Shown here: positions 14,236 to 25,863 of the stretch, piece by piece
Numbering within the stretch: position 1 is the first letter of the stretch
How the letters are laid out: every line of letters starts with the position of its first letter
Source of the DNA: Octopus bimaculoides
Taxonomy: Eukaryota
Direction of reading: 5' to 3'
Length of the DNA: 64,000 nucleotides
NCBI RefSeq assembly: GCF_001194135.2
Contig: NC_068995.1
Location: 53,775,951 to 53,839,950 of the forward strand
Notes under the pieces: generated by a model
Databases searched by the model: none
What the model was told of the DNA's origin: nothing
The model's input: only the letters and a program-made list of their open reading frames with translations
Position numbers and translations under genes: made by a program

Positions 14236-15167
14236 CATACATATATGTACATATATACATGCGTAAGAATGTATGCATTTACGTAAGTATGTATGCATGT
14301 ATGTATGCATGTATGTATGTTTGAATGTGTGTATGTATGGATGTATCTATGTATATATGTGTCTGCGTGTGTACTCGCGCATACAAGGCTCGAACACTTC
14401 TTTTTACATACTGAAATACATGCACACATTTACTCCGAAACAACTTTTACATGTTCGTTTGTCATTTCAACACCGAAGTTGGAGAGCGCTGATACAAGTG
14501 CTGCTTACATGTCACTACAAAAATAATCCTGCGAAATAAAACGTGCTATAACAAGGATCATTGAAATTGTGTGCAAGGAAAAAGTCTTTCGATAAGAGAT
14601 ATTTCGTTCCACCATTCAATTAAAATCAAAATTCGTCTAACATGAATCTTTCTAGCAAATCATTCCTTCATTGATATGTCAGTATTTATGATCATGTAAT
14701 AGAAAAATGTCGAATAAAGTTGGGAAAAATTATTCTAATGGGTGGAGTAGAAATTATCAGTTAGGTTTTATGTCTAATATGAGCTTATAGGGGACAAGAA
14801 TAATGAAGTATTGCCAAATACGGATTTAAAATTACATTACATGAAAATTGTGTATGTATTGAATATGTGAGTACAGGAATTGTGTTTATTCTAAATGCTT
14901 ATGAAAATGCACAGGTATCTCCGAGATATGAAAATGAAAGTTTTCGTGTCAACGGATATTCTTTGGGAAAACGGAGAAAAATGGCATTAATGGTTTATAT
15001 AGGCCATTTAAACATAACGGCCTTTCTATTTTGAAAGGTTTTAAACTCATTATTAAGTGGAGAATCTTTATAATAAAAATTGAAATGAAATTTCATCTTT
15101 GATCTGACCTGAATGCATACACCATTCGGGACTCTGCAAAACTGAAGTCGATATTAAGAACTAGTCT

Positions 15168-15369
15168 AAGATGGCGATCTGGCAGACAAGATGCTTACTG
15201 GCATTTCGTCCGTCTTTACATTCTCAGTTCAAATTCTGCTGAGGTCGACTTTGCCATTCGTTGTTTCGGAGATGATAAGATAGGTACCAGTTGAGCGCTG
15301 GGGTCGTTTCAATGGACTTATCTCCTCCTCGCAAATGTCAGGCCTTGTACCTATATTGGAAACGATATT
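15168..15369 (+). mobile_element. SINE family A (Pol III, tRNA-like head)
   Basis: GGCGATCTGGCAG head, CAGTTCAAATTC B box, GAGGTCGACTTTGCC, GGTACCAGTTGAGCGCTGGGGTCG, GGCCTTGTAC...GAAACGATATT tail; shared with about 10 other copies in the window. Confidence 0.85.
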
Positions 15370-15493
15370 GGTTTCAAATTTTAGCACAAGGACAGCAATT
15401 TCGGGGGTAAGTCAATTGCAACGACCCCAGTGCTCAACTGATACTCATTCCATCGACCGTGAAAGAATAAAAGGAAAAGATGACCTCGACGGA
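15370..15493 (-). mobile_element. SINE family A, 3' half, tail-to-tail with the previous copy
   Basis: Reverse complement GAGGTC...GTATCAGTTGAGCACTGGGGTCGTTGCAATTGACTTA...CCTTGTGCTAAAATTTGAAAC aligns to 15241-15363. Confidence 0.85.
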
Positions 15494-17091
15494 CGATATG
15501 TGATGAGTATTTTGTTCGGCGTGCTAACGATTCTGCCATCTCGCCTCTTTACAAATACTATAAAGGATATTAAGAACAAGTGTTATCTTTAAATTGCGGT
15601 TAGTCTTATGTAGAGGCTGAGAGTTGTCTTGTCACTAAGTTTTAATATACCCGAAAGAAGAAACCTTGTTTTGGCGTTTCTGAAATCTTCAATAATGCAA
15701 GCCGGAATCTATTAATACAACGGCATGTGTTGACTGCTATTTTGTTACGCTTTTATGTGTGTATATGACAATGTATGTGTCATGTGTAGGCGTCCGTGTG
15801 TATAATACGTTCAATAATTTACCTTTGTGCAAAGTTAATGCTTTCTTGAAAATATTATGCAAATTATTAGCAATCGATTCTTTTCTCTTCTGTGCACATC
15901 ACGAGTAAATACGAAAAAAAAACCCCACTGTTTAGCATATGCAAATATTCCTAAATTTGCTTGCTTTTCGATATGTTTACTGACTATACATGGACAAATT
16001 CACAAACCCATTAACATGGTTTGTTTATTTGTTATATATGACTTGCTTTAAATGTGTATAGATATCTAATGATTTCTATTGGCAACTTCCTCTCCCTAGA
16101 TGATAACTTCGTCCTATTTTTATGGCTTCTAACCTCGCAAGGTACAGATTAAAAGTGAAATTCTGAACGAAAATGTTACGTTTCTCAAATGAATAAACGC
16201 GATTTTTTTTTTTACGAATAACGAGTTATACAAGAAAATATATGCAACAAGAAATAAAATGAATGAAGGGAAAAAATCCCCATATATTATTGTATTTATA
16301 GAACTAAAACGTTTTATAAAAATAGCCATTATTTTGACAGTACTAAACACCATACTGGCGCAAATATGAGCAAGTCTATCTTATGGGATCTGGTATCAAA
16401 ATTTCATTTGCAATTGCATTGCAATGAGAAAATCTCAATATTTTTCTTCAGGTTTTATCTGGCAGCTGCTGTTGTTATCGGTTAACCCATATGAAAACTT
16501 GAGGCCAAGCGTGTTCTAATCTTGTAAATCCAGTCCTTTTAAGAACATCTGGGGGCAATATTATTAAAACAGCTCTTTTAAAATATTATCTAAATGTAGT
16601 TTAAAGGGCATTTTGTGGAAAGGAGAAGAAACACATATAGATTCTCTTAGTTAATTAGTTCGATTAATTACTAATTTAGAGCACACATTTCATGCTGTCA
16701 TACTGATGCATTACCATATAATTTGTTTAATGTCGGTATCGAGTATCTAAGACTCCATTTTCCAATGAAACCTGTTTCAATTACGCTGCAGAGTGTACGT
16801 TTATAAAGACTTGGTTGCAATTACGGCAGAAATATCATATAGGTTTAGTAATTGCCTTCTGTTGTGTCGTGATTCAAATCCAGATCAATTTGTAGGGGCA
16901 CCGTCATGACACACGGTATTTCTTAGGGATGTACACCTGGTGTAGCGCATCCCTTTCACAGTCGATTTCATTCAGAAAGAGAAAAGAGGGGTTAAATGTG
17001 ATCAGAAGCCAAATAATTTTTCGGTCATTATTTTGTATCATATTTGGCATAGTTCTGATCCCTGCGTCGTGAGAAGATAATTTTTCTTAAT

Positions 17092-17192
17092 TAATTTTGT
17101 TCAAGAACACAATGCACTATCTGATCCAGAAATCGAAAACACAACCTTACGATCATGCGTATGACACCATAACCGCTGAGTATCGCTCCTCT
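17092..17192 (-). mobile_element. tRNA-derived SINE head (family C)
   Basis: Minus strand: TACTCAGCGG (A-box-like), GGTGTCATACGCATGATCGTAAGGTTGTGTTTTCGATTT (B-box-like), then TGTGTTCTTGAACAAAA. Confidence 0.6.
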
Positions 17193-17677
17193 ACACACAC
17201 ACACACACGCGCACGCGTGCGCGGGTTTATTTACTATTCATTACATTCACTGCATTTCACATTTTAAACTCCGTTAGTTATGAGAATAAGAGATTACGTT
17301 ATTATAGGAATTAACATTGTCTCTTTGTATAAGTTCGGATCTCAAATGCCTTAGTTACACAAAAGACAAGTTAGATAATAAAATTAAGGTTGATAGAATA
17401 TGAGTCATACTCAATGTACTGAAGACATTAACTTCCTTTCTATAAGCTGAGATCACATGTACCAATTTTACGATCTAGTAGACTACAAATAAAGATCGCT
17501 CTCAATGGGGTGTCTATGGCAAGTCGATATTTCTTTTTAGAATATGGCTATGTTTTACAATTATGCAATTATTCTAATACATTCTTGTATTTTTTCAATG
17601 GCAAGCTCTTGGAGAAATAGAAGAATGAGTTGAAATAAACGTGCATACGAAAGGCGCCGTTCTTCTAGTAAAAGTAT

Positions 17678-17714
<37 letters not shown>

Positions 17715-18111
17715 GGTATCGGTCTGTCTATCTAACTCACTGTATGTCTGTCTGTATGCCAGCTTGCCTGTCTATCTGTCTCTCTGTATCTCTTTCTCTC
17801 TCTCTCTTCTCATATATANNNNNNNNNNNNNNNNNNNNNNNNNNNNNNNNNNNNNNNNNNNNNNNNNNNNNNNNNNNNNNNNNNNNNNNNNNNNNNNNNN
17901 NNNNNNNNNNNNNNNNNNNNNNNNNNNNNNNNNNNNNNNNNNNNNNNNNNNNNNNNNNNNNNNNNNNNNNNNNNNNNNNNNNNNNNNNNNNNNNNNNNNN
18001 NNNNNNNNNNNNNNNNNNNNNNNNNNNNNNNATATATATATATATATATATATATACACATTCATATATGTAACATACACGCACAAATATGTAATATACA
18101 CGCGCACAAAT

Positions 18112-18200
18112 ATACGATGGGCTTCTTTCTGCTGCCGTCAACGAAATCGACTCACAAAGCATTGGCGGGACCATCGCTAGAGTAGAAGACACCTACTCGA
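18112..18200 (-). mobile_element. SINE family B, 5' body fragment
   Basis: Minus GTGTCTTCTACT...TGTGAGTCGATTTCGTTGACGG...AGAAAGAAGCCCATCGTAT matches 45520-45585 (GTGTCTTCTACT...GTGAATGGATTTG...GAAAGAAGCC). Confidence 0.7.
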
Positions 18201-18369
18201 GTAGTTACTTTACTCTGATATGATTTTGAAATTTGTGTTCTCAGATGTTTTATCTCAGTGCAAAACAAGAAAGCAATATTTTATTGCTCACTGTCGTTTT
18301 ATTTTCCAGCCGCAGTTTAGTCTTGGTGTTGATGAAATGATAATCACGATGATTAACATCCAAATACCA

Positions 18370-18680
18370 AAGCTTTTAATTTGCACAAGGAGACCCTGTG
18401 AAACCTCTGACAACAGGTTTCTTTCCGCACACACGGAATCAACCAGAGCAAGGAACTCCGAGAGCTCTGAGAAGTCAAATATTCATAAAGTGTTCCTGCT
18501 GTAGATACAAGAGCAGAAGATTGAAGGAGGGAATGAGCCGATATTACATTGATCCAATTGCTCGATTGGTACTTTATTTTATGGACCACTAAAAGATGAA
18601 CTGCAGAGTTGACCCCGACCTGATTTCCACTCAAAACAAACCCGGTGAAGCATTACCGACACTCTATTCTACCTGCTTAG
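18370..18680 (-). mobile_element. SINE family A, decayed copy interrupted by an insertion of about 120 bp
   Basis: TTTGCACAAGG (tail end, 18379-18390) is separated from GAAGGAGGG...ATTACATTGATCC...GGTACTTTATTTTATGGACC...AAAGATGAA...GTTGACC (18524-18616) by unrelated sequence. Confidence 0.55.
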
Positions 18681-19778
18681 TAACAGCTAGCGGCATATCC
18701 AATTATTAAGTACTTTTTTTTTTTTATTATTTAAAAGGTTTGAATTAAATTTCAATGCAGCATTAACATAAATTTAATCTACTAAAATATATTTTAAATA
18801 AGTTTGTTTGAAACGGTGTAAATTTAATTGAAATACCTTCTGCCATATTGTAACTTATACTTCCTGGAATACAACTATGTGGTTTATAAGTAGAGTAAAT
18901 AAGACAGCCGTATCTTCTATTACGCTAATATCGATCGAGTCTAGACAGCAATTTCAATAGCAACAGGGGAACTGCTCTGTTCATTGACAGAGAAAAGACG
19001 AAAAGTATTGTTTTTCGATTGATAATATCATATTTTAGACAACTACCATTAATGTTTACTATCGACTTAATACAAAAAGAAAGAACTAGAAACCTATCAT
19101 AACTCTAGTATATGAACGACCATATAAAGTGTACAGTATTATGTTGCCTCTGGAAATTATTAAAATCATAATTGTTTCAGAAAAGTCAGGCTTGTCTTAA
19201 GACATTTATTAGTAAGGAAAATGAGGTGTAAATTTAGATTTATAAAATTGTATTAAATAGAGTGAGGTGAAGTTCTCTTCTAGAGTTAGAATGTTGTTAG
19301 AGAATAGAAAAGATGAAATAATTGTAAGCTAATCCCATTGCGTTGTGGCTTGGATAGTTTAGATACGTATAAATAGAGAGAAAGATATTGTTCAAGATGG
19401 AAATATATTTAGATAGGTTGGCCGGGTGGGGGTGAGTACGAAAGAATAAAGTTTGATGAGGATAGGGAATTGAGCACAATAGAATAACTCCATAACATGA
19501 ACCTTGATTGAATTAGTGTCTCCTCCACTTCTTCTCCCCCTCACTTTCTCCCACACATGCACATACACATATATATGTATATATGGATGTTGTTGATACA
19601 CATTTTTTCTACTTTTACCAATCTATTTCATCGAACATCGATTCCATTGTACTCCTTGCTCACTCGCCAGAGCACACACTGACTCTCTCTATCTCTGCAA
19701 CTATATAACTGTATTTATTTATATCTCTCTCTCCCCTCTGTCTCTGTCGCACACTGACATAGATAGATATGTACAGAG

Positions 19779-19786
<8 letters not shown>

Positions 19787-19821
<35 letters not shown>

Positions 19822-19848
19822 GGGAGAGAGAGAGAGAAAGAGAGACAG
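19787..19848. repeat. (GA)n microsatellite
   Basis: GA run with GG interruptions. Confidence 0.95.
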
Positions 19849-20701
19849 GGAGAGAGAAATATGGAGAGAAATACATATAAACATACGGATATGTACCACA
19901 TTTATTAGTCATTCACAAACATACATATTCTCTACGCATGCAAATATACATACAAATATCCTCATATCCACATATTCATATATAACTGTACATGTTTACG
20001 CTTGTTTGTGTGTGTGTGTGTGTATGTGTGCGTTTGCGTTTGCAAGGTACCACGAATGACAAGAAGATCTCGATTTATACTTATTTCCCTTAGTACGGTG
20101 AAATGATAGAAAATTGCTTAAAATACAGTATGGAATAAAAAAAAAACAACTTAGGTTATTGTATAAGGCGGGGGTTTATACTTTATACAATACTTATCAT
20201 ATAGCCAGTACAAGAATAACAGCCACAACATCACACAACCAACATCTTAGCCATAGTCAAACCAGAACCAAGAATTGGCCACCAGGAAACTTCTCTATGG
20301 CTCAAAGCGCGAAGCAGTCTTCCAACTGCAATAAATAAAAAGAAATGGCTATATAAATAAAACCATAACCTTTGTAATGGACAGCAGTTAACCCACAGAG
20401 TATGGAAATATTTTTATGAAAGCCATTCATCCAGTGACGGATAGCAATATCATTCTAGTATACTTTATAAAGAAGCTGAAAGTAATGGGAATCGCAGAGT
20501 GAGTTGGGAAAATGAAAATACATTATCGCAGTGAGGAAGTGTGGAAACTGTCCAAACTTAAAAAGTCTTTCAAGTTATTGGTTCACAAAACATTTAAAAG
20601 AAATTTATAAGCGCTTACAACAAATAGCAATCGAACAATAAGCGACAAATTCCGAGTGCAACACGCACTCAATAACGTCGTTTAGATATTGTCGTTTAAT
20701 T

Positions 20702-20724
20702 CCATCATCATCATCATCTTCATC

Positions 20725-20794
<70 letters not shown>

Positions 20795-20825
20795 TCGTCA
20801 TCGTTATTATCGCTATCATCGTCGT
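20702..20825. repeat. (CAT)n/(CGT)n microsatellite running into a gap
   Basis: Direct reading. Confidence 0.95.
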
Positions 20826-21127
20826 NNNNNNNNNNNNNNNNNNNNNNNNNNNNNNNNNNNNNNNNNNNNNNNNNNNNNNNNNNNNNNNNNNNNNNNNNNN
20901 NNNNNNNNNNNNNNNNNNNNNNNNNNNNNNNNNNNNNNNNNNNNNNNNNNNNNNNNNNNNNNNNNNNNNNNNNNNNNNNNNNNNNNNNNNNNNNNNNNNN
21001 NNNNNNNNNNNNNNNNNNNNNNNNNNNNNNNNNNNNNNNNNNNNNNNNNNNNNNNNNNNNNNNNNNNNNNNNNNNNNNNNNNNNNNNNNNNNNNNNNNNN
21101 NNNNNNNNNNNAAAAAATGAATGTAAT

Positions 21128-21208
21128 GGTATCGATTTGTTCGATTAAAACACTTCAAGGGTTGCCCCGGCATGAGTGCAGTCCAAAAACTGAAAGAAAC
21201 GAAAGAAC
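21128..21208 (+). mobile_element. SINE family B, 3' tail fragment
   Basis: TCGATTTGTTCGATTAAAACACTTCAAGGGTTGCCCCGGCATGAGTGCAGTCC...GAAAC parallels 36035-36100. Confidence 0.65.
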
Positions 21209-21242
21209 CCCCTCCCCTACACACAAAAAATAAAAGAATAAT

Positions 21243-21456
21243 CCTTTTTTACTAAAGTCACAAGGTGTGAAATTTCGGGGAGAGGAGACTAGTCGGTTAT
21301 ATTCACCCCAGTGTTTCACTAGTAATTAATTCATCGACCCCGAAAGGATTAAAGGCAAAGTTGACCTCGGCGGAATTTGAGACCAGAACAAATAGAGAGG
21401 CGAAATACCGCCAAGCATTTCGCCCAACGTGCTGACGATTCTGCGGGGTCATTGCC
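21243..21456 (-). mobile_element. SINE family A, near full length
   Basis: Minus GCAGAATCGTCAGCACGTTGGGCGAAATGCTTGGCGGTATTTCG...TCAAATTCCGCCGAGGTCAACTTTGCCTTTAATCCTTTCGGGGTCGATGA...CCTTGTGACTTTAGTAAAAAAGGAT. Confidence 0.9.
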
Positions 21457-21519
21457 CTTAACTGAAAGCAATACTGATCTCTGTTTCCACTCTGTATAAT
21501 AGTGAAACATATATAACAT

Positions 21520-22000
21520 ATTTGCGATATATTTGTTTTGCTATTATTGTTTCTTGATGGGGGGAATATCTATTATTTTCTCCAAATGATTTTCTCAATC
21601 TATCTTTTGCTTTCTGTTTTGCATTTGCTGTTTTCTGATTGCATATATATTTCAGCTATATTATCTTTGCTTCTCAAGTTATTGACTGTCCTTCGATGGT
21701 AATATTTATTTTGTCTTGCTGATTACCAGTGATTTTGTTTTCTTTTGTATTTCCCTTGCATACCATAGACCCATGCCTTGCCATTTATTACGTTTACAAT
21801 ATTGTATAGGTGAACTCTGTTAAAAGTTGATTATGCAGTATAGTCCACATACCTCAGTTTGTTTTTATTGATACCTCTTATTGACACCCCTGGCGTGAGT
21901 TCAATTTGTATGAGATTCTGCTCACTGACAAATTAAATGTGCTGCCGGCAGTAACAATGCTTCAATTTTCAATGCTTATCGGAGCTCTTACTATCAGTCT
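21520..22000 (-). mobile_element. Decayed RTE-clade LINE reverse transcriptase fragment
   Basis: Frameshifted minus translations: FVSEQNLIQIELTPGVSIRGINKNKLRYVDYTA (cf. GVxIGGRNINNLRYADDT), TKSLVISK, INITIEGQSI, ENSKCKTESKR*I (cf. DGxCxxEIKRRI); multiple stops. Confidence 0.75.
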
Positions 22001-22386
22001 TTTTGTTATTATTTGAAGATTTCTAACACATAAATAGTTTCGATGTTCCGATAGATATTCGATTAAAAACAAATTGTGTCATATGCATTGATCTATATAC
22101 TGCCACACATGGAATCGAAGTTTTCAAACAAAAATTCAAATCTCCAAATGGTACGTCTGCTTAAAACGAAGACAACTTTGGGGGACCATGTATTCCATGT
22201 AAGATGCAACAGGATTTGGAACGATAATGACAATGGCTGAATATTTGCATCCAATTTTGTGCCAGAAATTAAAAAAAAAACGGTATGTAAATGCTTCACT
22301 TTTCTATATTATTTAAAGGGTTTCTTCTATAGTCCTACAAAATGGATAGATTAAAACTATAAAATCTGTAGGGTGCGCGTTTTTGT

Positions 22387-22505
22387 GGTCATCTAGTTTA
22401 ACACAACTACCTATTAATTGAAAGCTGGTCATCTAGATTAACACAACCATCTGGTATTTGAAAGGTGGTATTTAGCGGGATGCAATTTGAAAGGTGGTAT
22501 GTAGC
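22387..22505. repeat. 40-bp minisatellite, two full plus partial units
   Basis: GGTCATCTAG(T/A)TTAACACAAC at 22387 and 22427; TTGAAAG(C/G)TGGT recurs at 22419, 22459 and 22487. Confidence 0.8.
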
Positions 22506-23676
22506 TAAGTTTAGGAGTGGAAGCTACTCAGTAATGGAGGTTCTGAGAAGGTCCTAGGTGCTGTTCATCCTGTCTCTAAACTTGTAAAACAAAACACAAG
22601 AGTGCCACTTGTTCCTTTCTTATTCCTTCTCTCCCTACTAAAAGCAACTCTGCTTTTTCTCAATAACCATCCTTTCTAGCATCTTATCTTCTAACAACTC
22701 TTATCTCCTATTATCTTCTTTAGTTTGATTCTGCTCTAGCCTGATAGAATTTCTCAAACTATCGCCCAATGGATATATAGACATTATGTTATCATTCTGA
22801 AGTCTTTACTATCAATCACTGCTTTCTGAAAATTGAAAACAAAGCATTGATATTATTAAACTTATCCAAATGCATTTATCTTCCAGTTTAGTACTTCTCG
22901 TGATGTATTTGGCAGTGACGGATATATACATTTAATATTTAAACAAAATTAATCAAGCATGTTGAAATAATACACGCATGCAGATACAGACAAGAGAATA
23001 ACAACAATAAGCAAAAGCGTTCATATGTAACACTGAAAGTAAAACCAAAGCAACGCTTCTTCGATTGTTATTTCACTGACATGATTCAGAGTAAAGTTAC
23101 TTAGTCTACTTAATTATAATCACACATTTATATATAAATGATTGATTCAGTAGAAGACATATACTGACAAAAGTATTTGCCCTGAGTTATTTTATACATT
23201 GGAGCGATGATGATTCATTTTCAGATGTCTACAGACTCCAGGGTATTAGAAGGAGGTCAATGCTAGCTATTTATTTGCAAATATTTTAATAAACGATTGA
23301 AAACAAAATACCTGCAACAATCATACGATTAATCATTTTCAAGACAAAAACAAAGAATATTACAAACAAAAGAAAAAAAGAATATATTGGCACTCTGAAT
23401 TATATTTAAGAAGTCATGTGAGGAATGCCACAAGAAAGAACCATCGATCACATTTCTATATATGTGAAAACTCGTTTTTGTTGCTAATCCCGATATGAGG
23501 TTTGTTTCCATGCGAATGTTTTTCTTATACACGAAATCACTTTTGAGACGTTAATATCCAGTTACACACTGCCTCCTTCTAACGCTTACACACACACACA
23601 CACATACGCACGCATTCTTACACATGCAGAGACACACACATATGAATATGCACATATGTCTCAATATATATGCGTT

Positions 23677-23722
<46 letters not shown>

Positions 23723-23763
23723 TATATACATATGTATATATATATATATAGATATATATTCAT

Positions 23764-23807
<44 letters not shown>

Positions 23808-24728
23808 GATGAAATTATGGAATGAAGTTCCATATATCCCATCAATTTTGCTAAAAATGAGGATATTTAACCATGGTTAAATATCGGACATGACTCCCAA
23901 CTATTTCTCACACGGATACCAATATGACTCTCCTAGACCCAATTTTTTTCCTGACATATTCCTTTTTAAGTTCCTTCTATTGCAGTTTCCTTCCTTCCTG
24001 CACTGAAGGATTGTAGCTTAACTCTTGGTTTATAACGCAGATCTTTATTTCCAGAAAATACTGAAGATCAATGTGTGTAATTTCACTAAGCATTTAGAAA
24101 TTTCATTCGTTCTACCCTTTCGTCTCAATTTTATTGTGTTCGGGCCAAATACGACAGTTTGCATATGAGAAAAAGAAAGTACAATATCCCTTACATAATA
24201 AAGATATAAGAGTTTGCTCAAAGTAGTCGCCCTCATCTTCCACCACAACTGTGAGATTAAAACTGGTGGCCAGAAATGGCCAAGTTATTATGGTGGCCAG
24301 AAATGGCCAGAAATAGCTAAGTTATTTTGTACCGCAGAAAGAACACTGTGATTTAACTAGAGAACTCGGGGGTATATTCTCACAATACGATATCTATGTT
24401 TATTATATATGTATTTCATGCACGCTTATCAATATATTTGTAATCGACTTCAGGTCAGGTATTTTCAAATTTTAGGGCAAAGAAACAAACACATGTAAAA
24501 ACACATCCTTGCAAAACGAGAATGATACAAAACGATGTAAGTTTGCACGGATGAAAATTTGCTCATATTCAAAAATATTCAGAAGTGTATTGACTATCGT
24601 TATGTTACAGCAGAAATCTTTACGAAAAGTCAACATTTCGATAAGTATTATTGACAAGGGGTTGTGAAATCTTTCCAAGAATCTACCTTAGAAAAAACTA
24701 TGAGCTCCTCGTTAACTTTATTAACTTT

Positions 24729-24730
<2 letters not shown>

Positions 24731-24795
<65 letters not shown>
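24731..24795. repeat. (CT)n microsatellite
   Basis: Perfect CT run. Confidence 0.97.
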
Positions 24796-24799
<4 letters not shown>

Positions 24800-25180
24800 C
24801 TATATATATATATATATATACCTCTGATATCTCACTATACCAAAAATCAATATATTGATTGATACCCTAATAAACCGAACTCATTAATTTTTGTTAATTA
24901 TCTTATATATTATCAGCTAATGCAATGGAAATAACATACATGCTACAAAATATATATGGTATATAGTGCCACATGTTGAAACATTATAAAGATAAATTAC
25001 CGCATCGTGTATGTTACTGATTTTTCCTCATATTTTACTCGTTTGTTTCCCAGAAAGCTTAAGTATGGCGCTATGCGTCTTGATATATCATCGATATCGT
25101 GCTTATAGCTTCACCTTGTTATATGTCCTGAGAAATCTAATCTTAATCGTGCAAGCCTTTATAATCCAAATCTATGCGTT

Positions 25181-25360
25181 TGGGGCGAAATAACGACTAG
25201 GGTGGCTACTCTCACCCAGCAATGGGCCGAGAGGAAGCTATCCCTAAAAGGTCGGGTGGAGGTGCCGAACGCGTACATCGCATCCGTCATCGAATGTCAT
25301 CTGACCGTCGTGCCTTGTCCCGACCCTACCATCACCAAACTGGAACGCATACTCTTCCGC
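25181..25360 (+). mobile_element. L1/Tx1-clade LINE ORF2 fragment (post-RT thumb)
   Basis: WGEITTRVATLTQQWAERKLSLKGRVEVPNAYIASVIECHLTVVPCPDPTITKLERILFR matches the L1/Tx1 pattern W..R.LSL.GR....N....S...Y......P......L.R.LF; GC-rich island in AT-rich context. Confidence 0.85.
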
Positions 25361-25379
25361 ATCACAGAAAAAATCGCAA

Positions 25380-25572
25380 AGAAAAACAATTATTTACAGG
25401 ACACTCAACCTAAAAACAAGGCTATACGAAAGGGCCATTAAAGAAAATGTAGAAAAAATATTTAAGGCCCATACGGGCATTTAAAGACTGCATCACAAGA
25501 GGAACAGATTTTCCACGATCGAAGTTCGATTTGAGAGTGAAGAAAGAGCCAAGGACCTCTCCACAAAGTTGG
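25380..25572 (+). mobile_element. Probable Tx1-type ORF1 N-terminal fragment, frameshifted
   Basis: RKTIIYRTLNLKTRLYERAIKENVEKIFKAHTG ... ITRG ... FSTIEVRFESEERAKDLST resembles Tx1 ORF1 N-termini as recalled; not verified by search. Confidence 0.4.
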
Positions 25573-25831
25573 TACTTAATTGTATTATAGTTGTTTATAT
25601 ATCTCAGTCTTACACAATATAATACAAGATCATAGAATTTGAGCCTGGAATCTAAATCCGTTTGTGTCAGTTGACCGTTAGAATCTCTTCCTCAAACTAC
25701 AGGGATTGTCTTTATGTATCATATGTTACAATAAGTATATCAGTGTAGATATGTGAAATTCTGGTTGTAGCATCCAGGCCTCCTGGTATTTATCTACGTT
25801 AGTTAATAAGCATACTGAAGCTAGGCCATTG

Positions 25832-25863
<32 letters not shown>

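Noticed and set aside
14806-15045. 78-codon open frame containing YSLGKRR, a neuropeptide-like amidation and cleavage site
   Set aside because: No signal peptide, no repeated peptide units and no clear splice sites; frames of this length are expected by chance in 64 kb.
20400-20560. FMKAIHPV...KKLKVMGI, a weak CR1 RT resemblance
   Set aside because: Only scattered matches to the FAKAFD.V.H...KL...GI motif, and no flanking RT motifs.
22387-22505. Regularly spaced 40-bp repeats considered as a CRISPR-like array
   Set aside because: Contiguous tandem units without unique spacers, in a eukaryotic context with no cas genes; an ordinary minisatellite.
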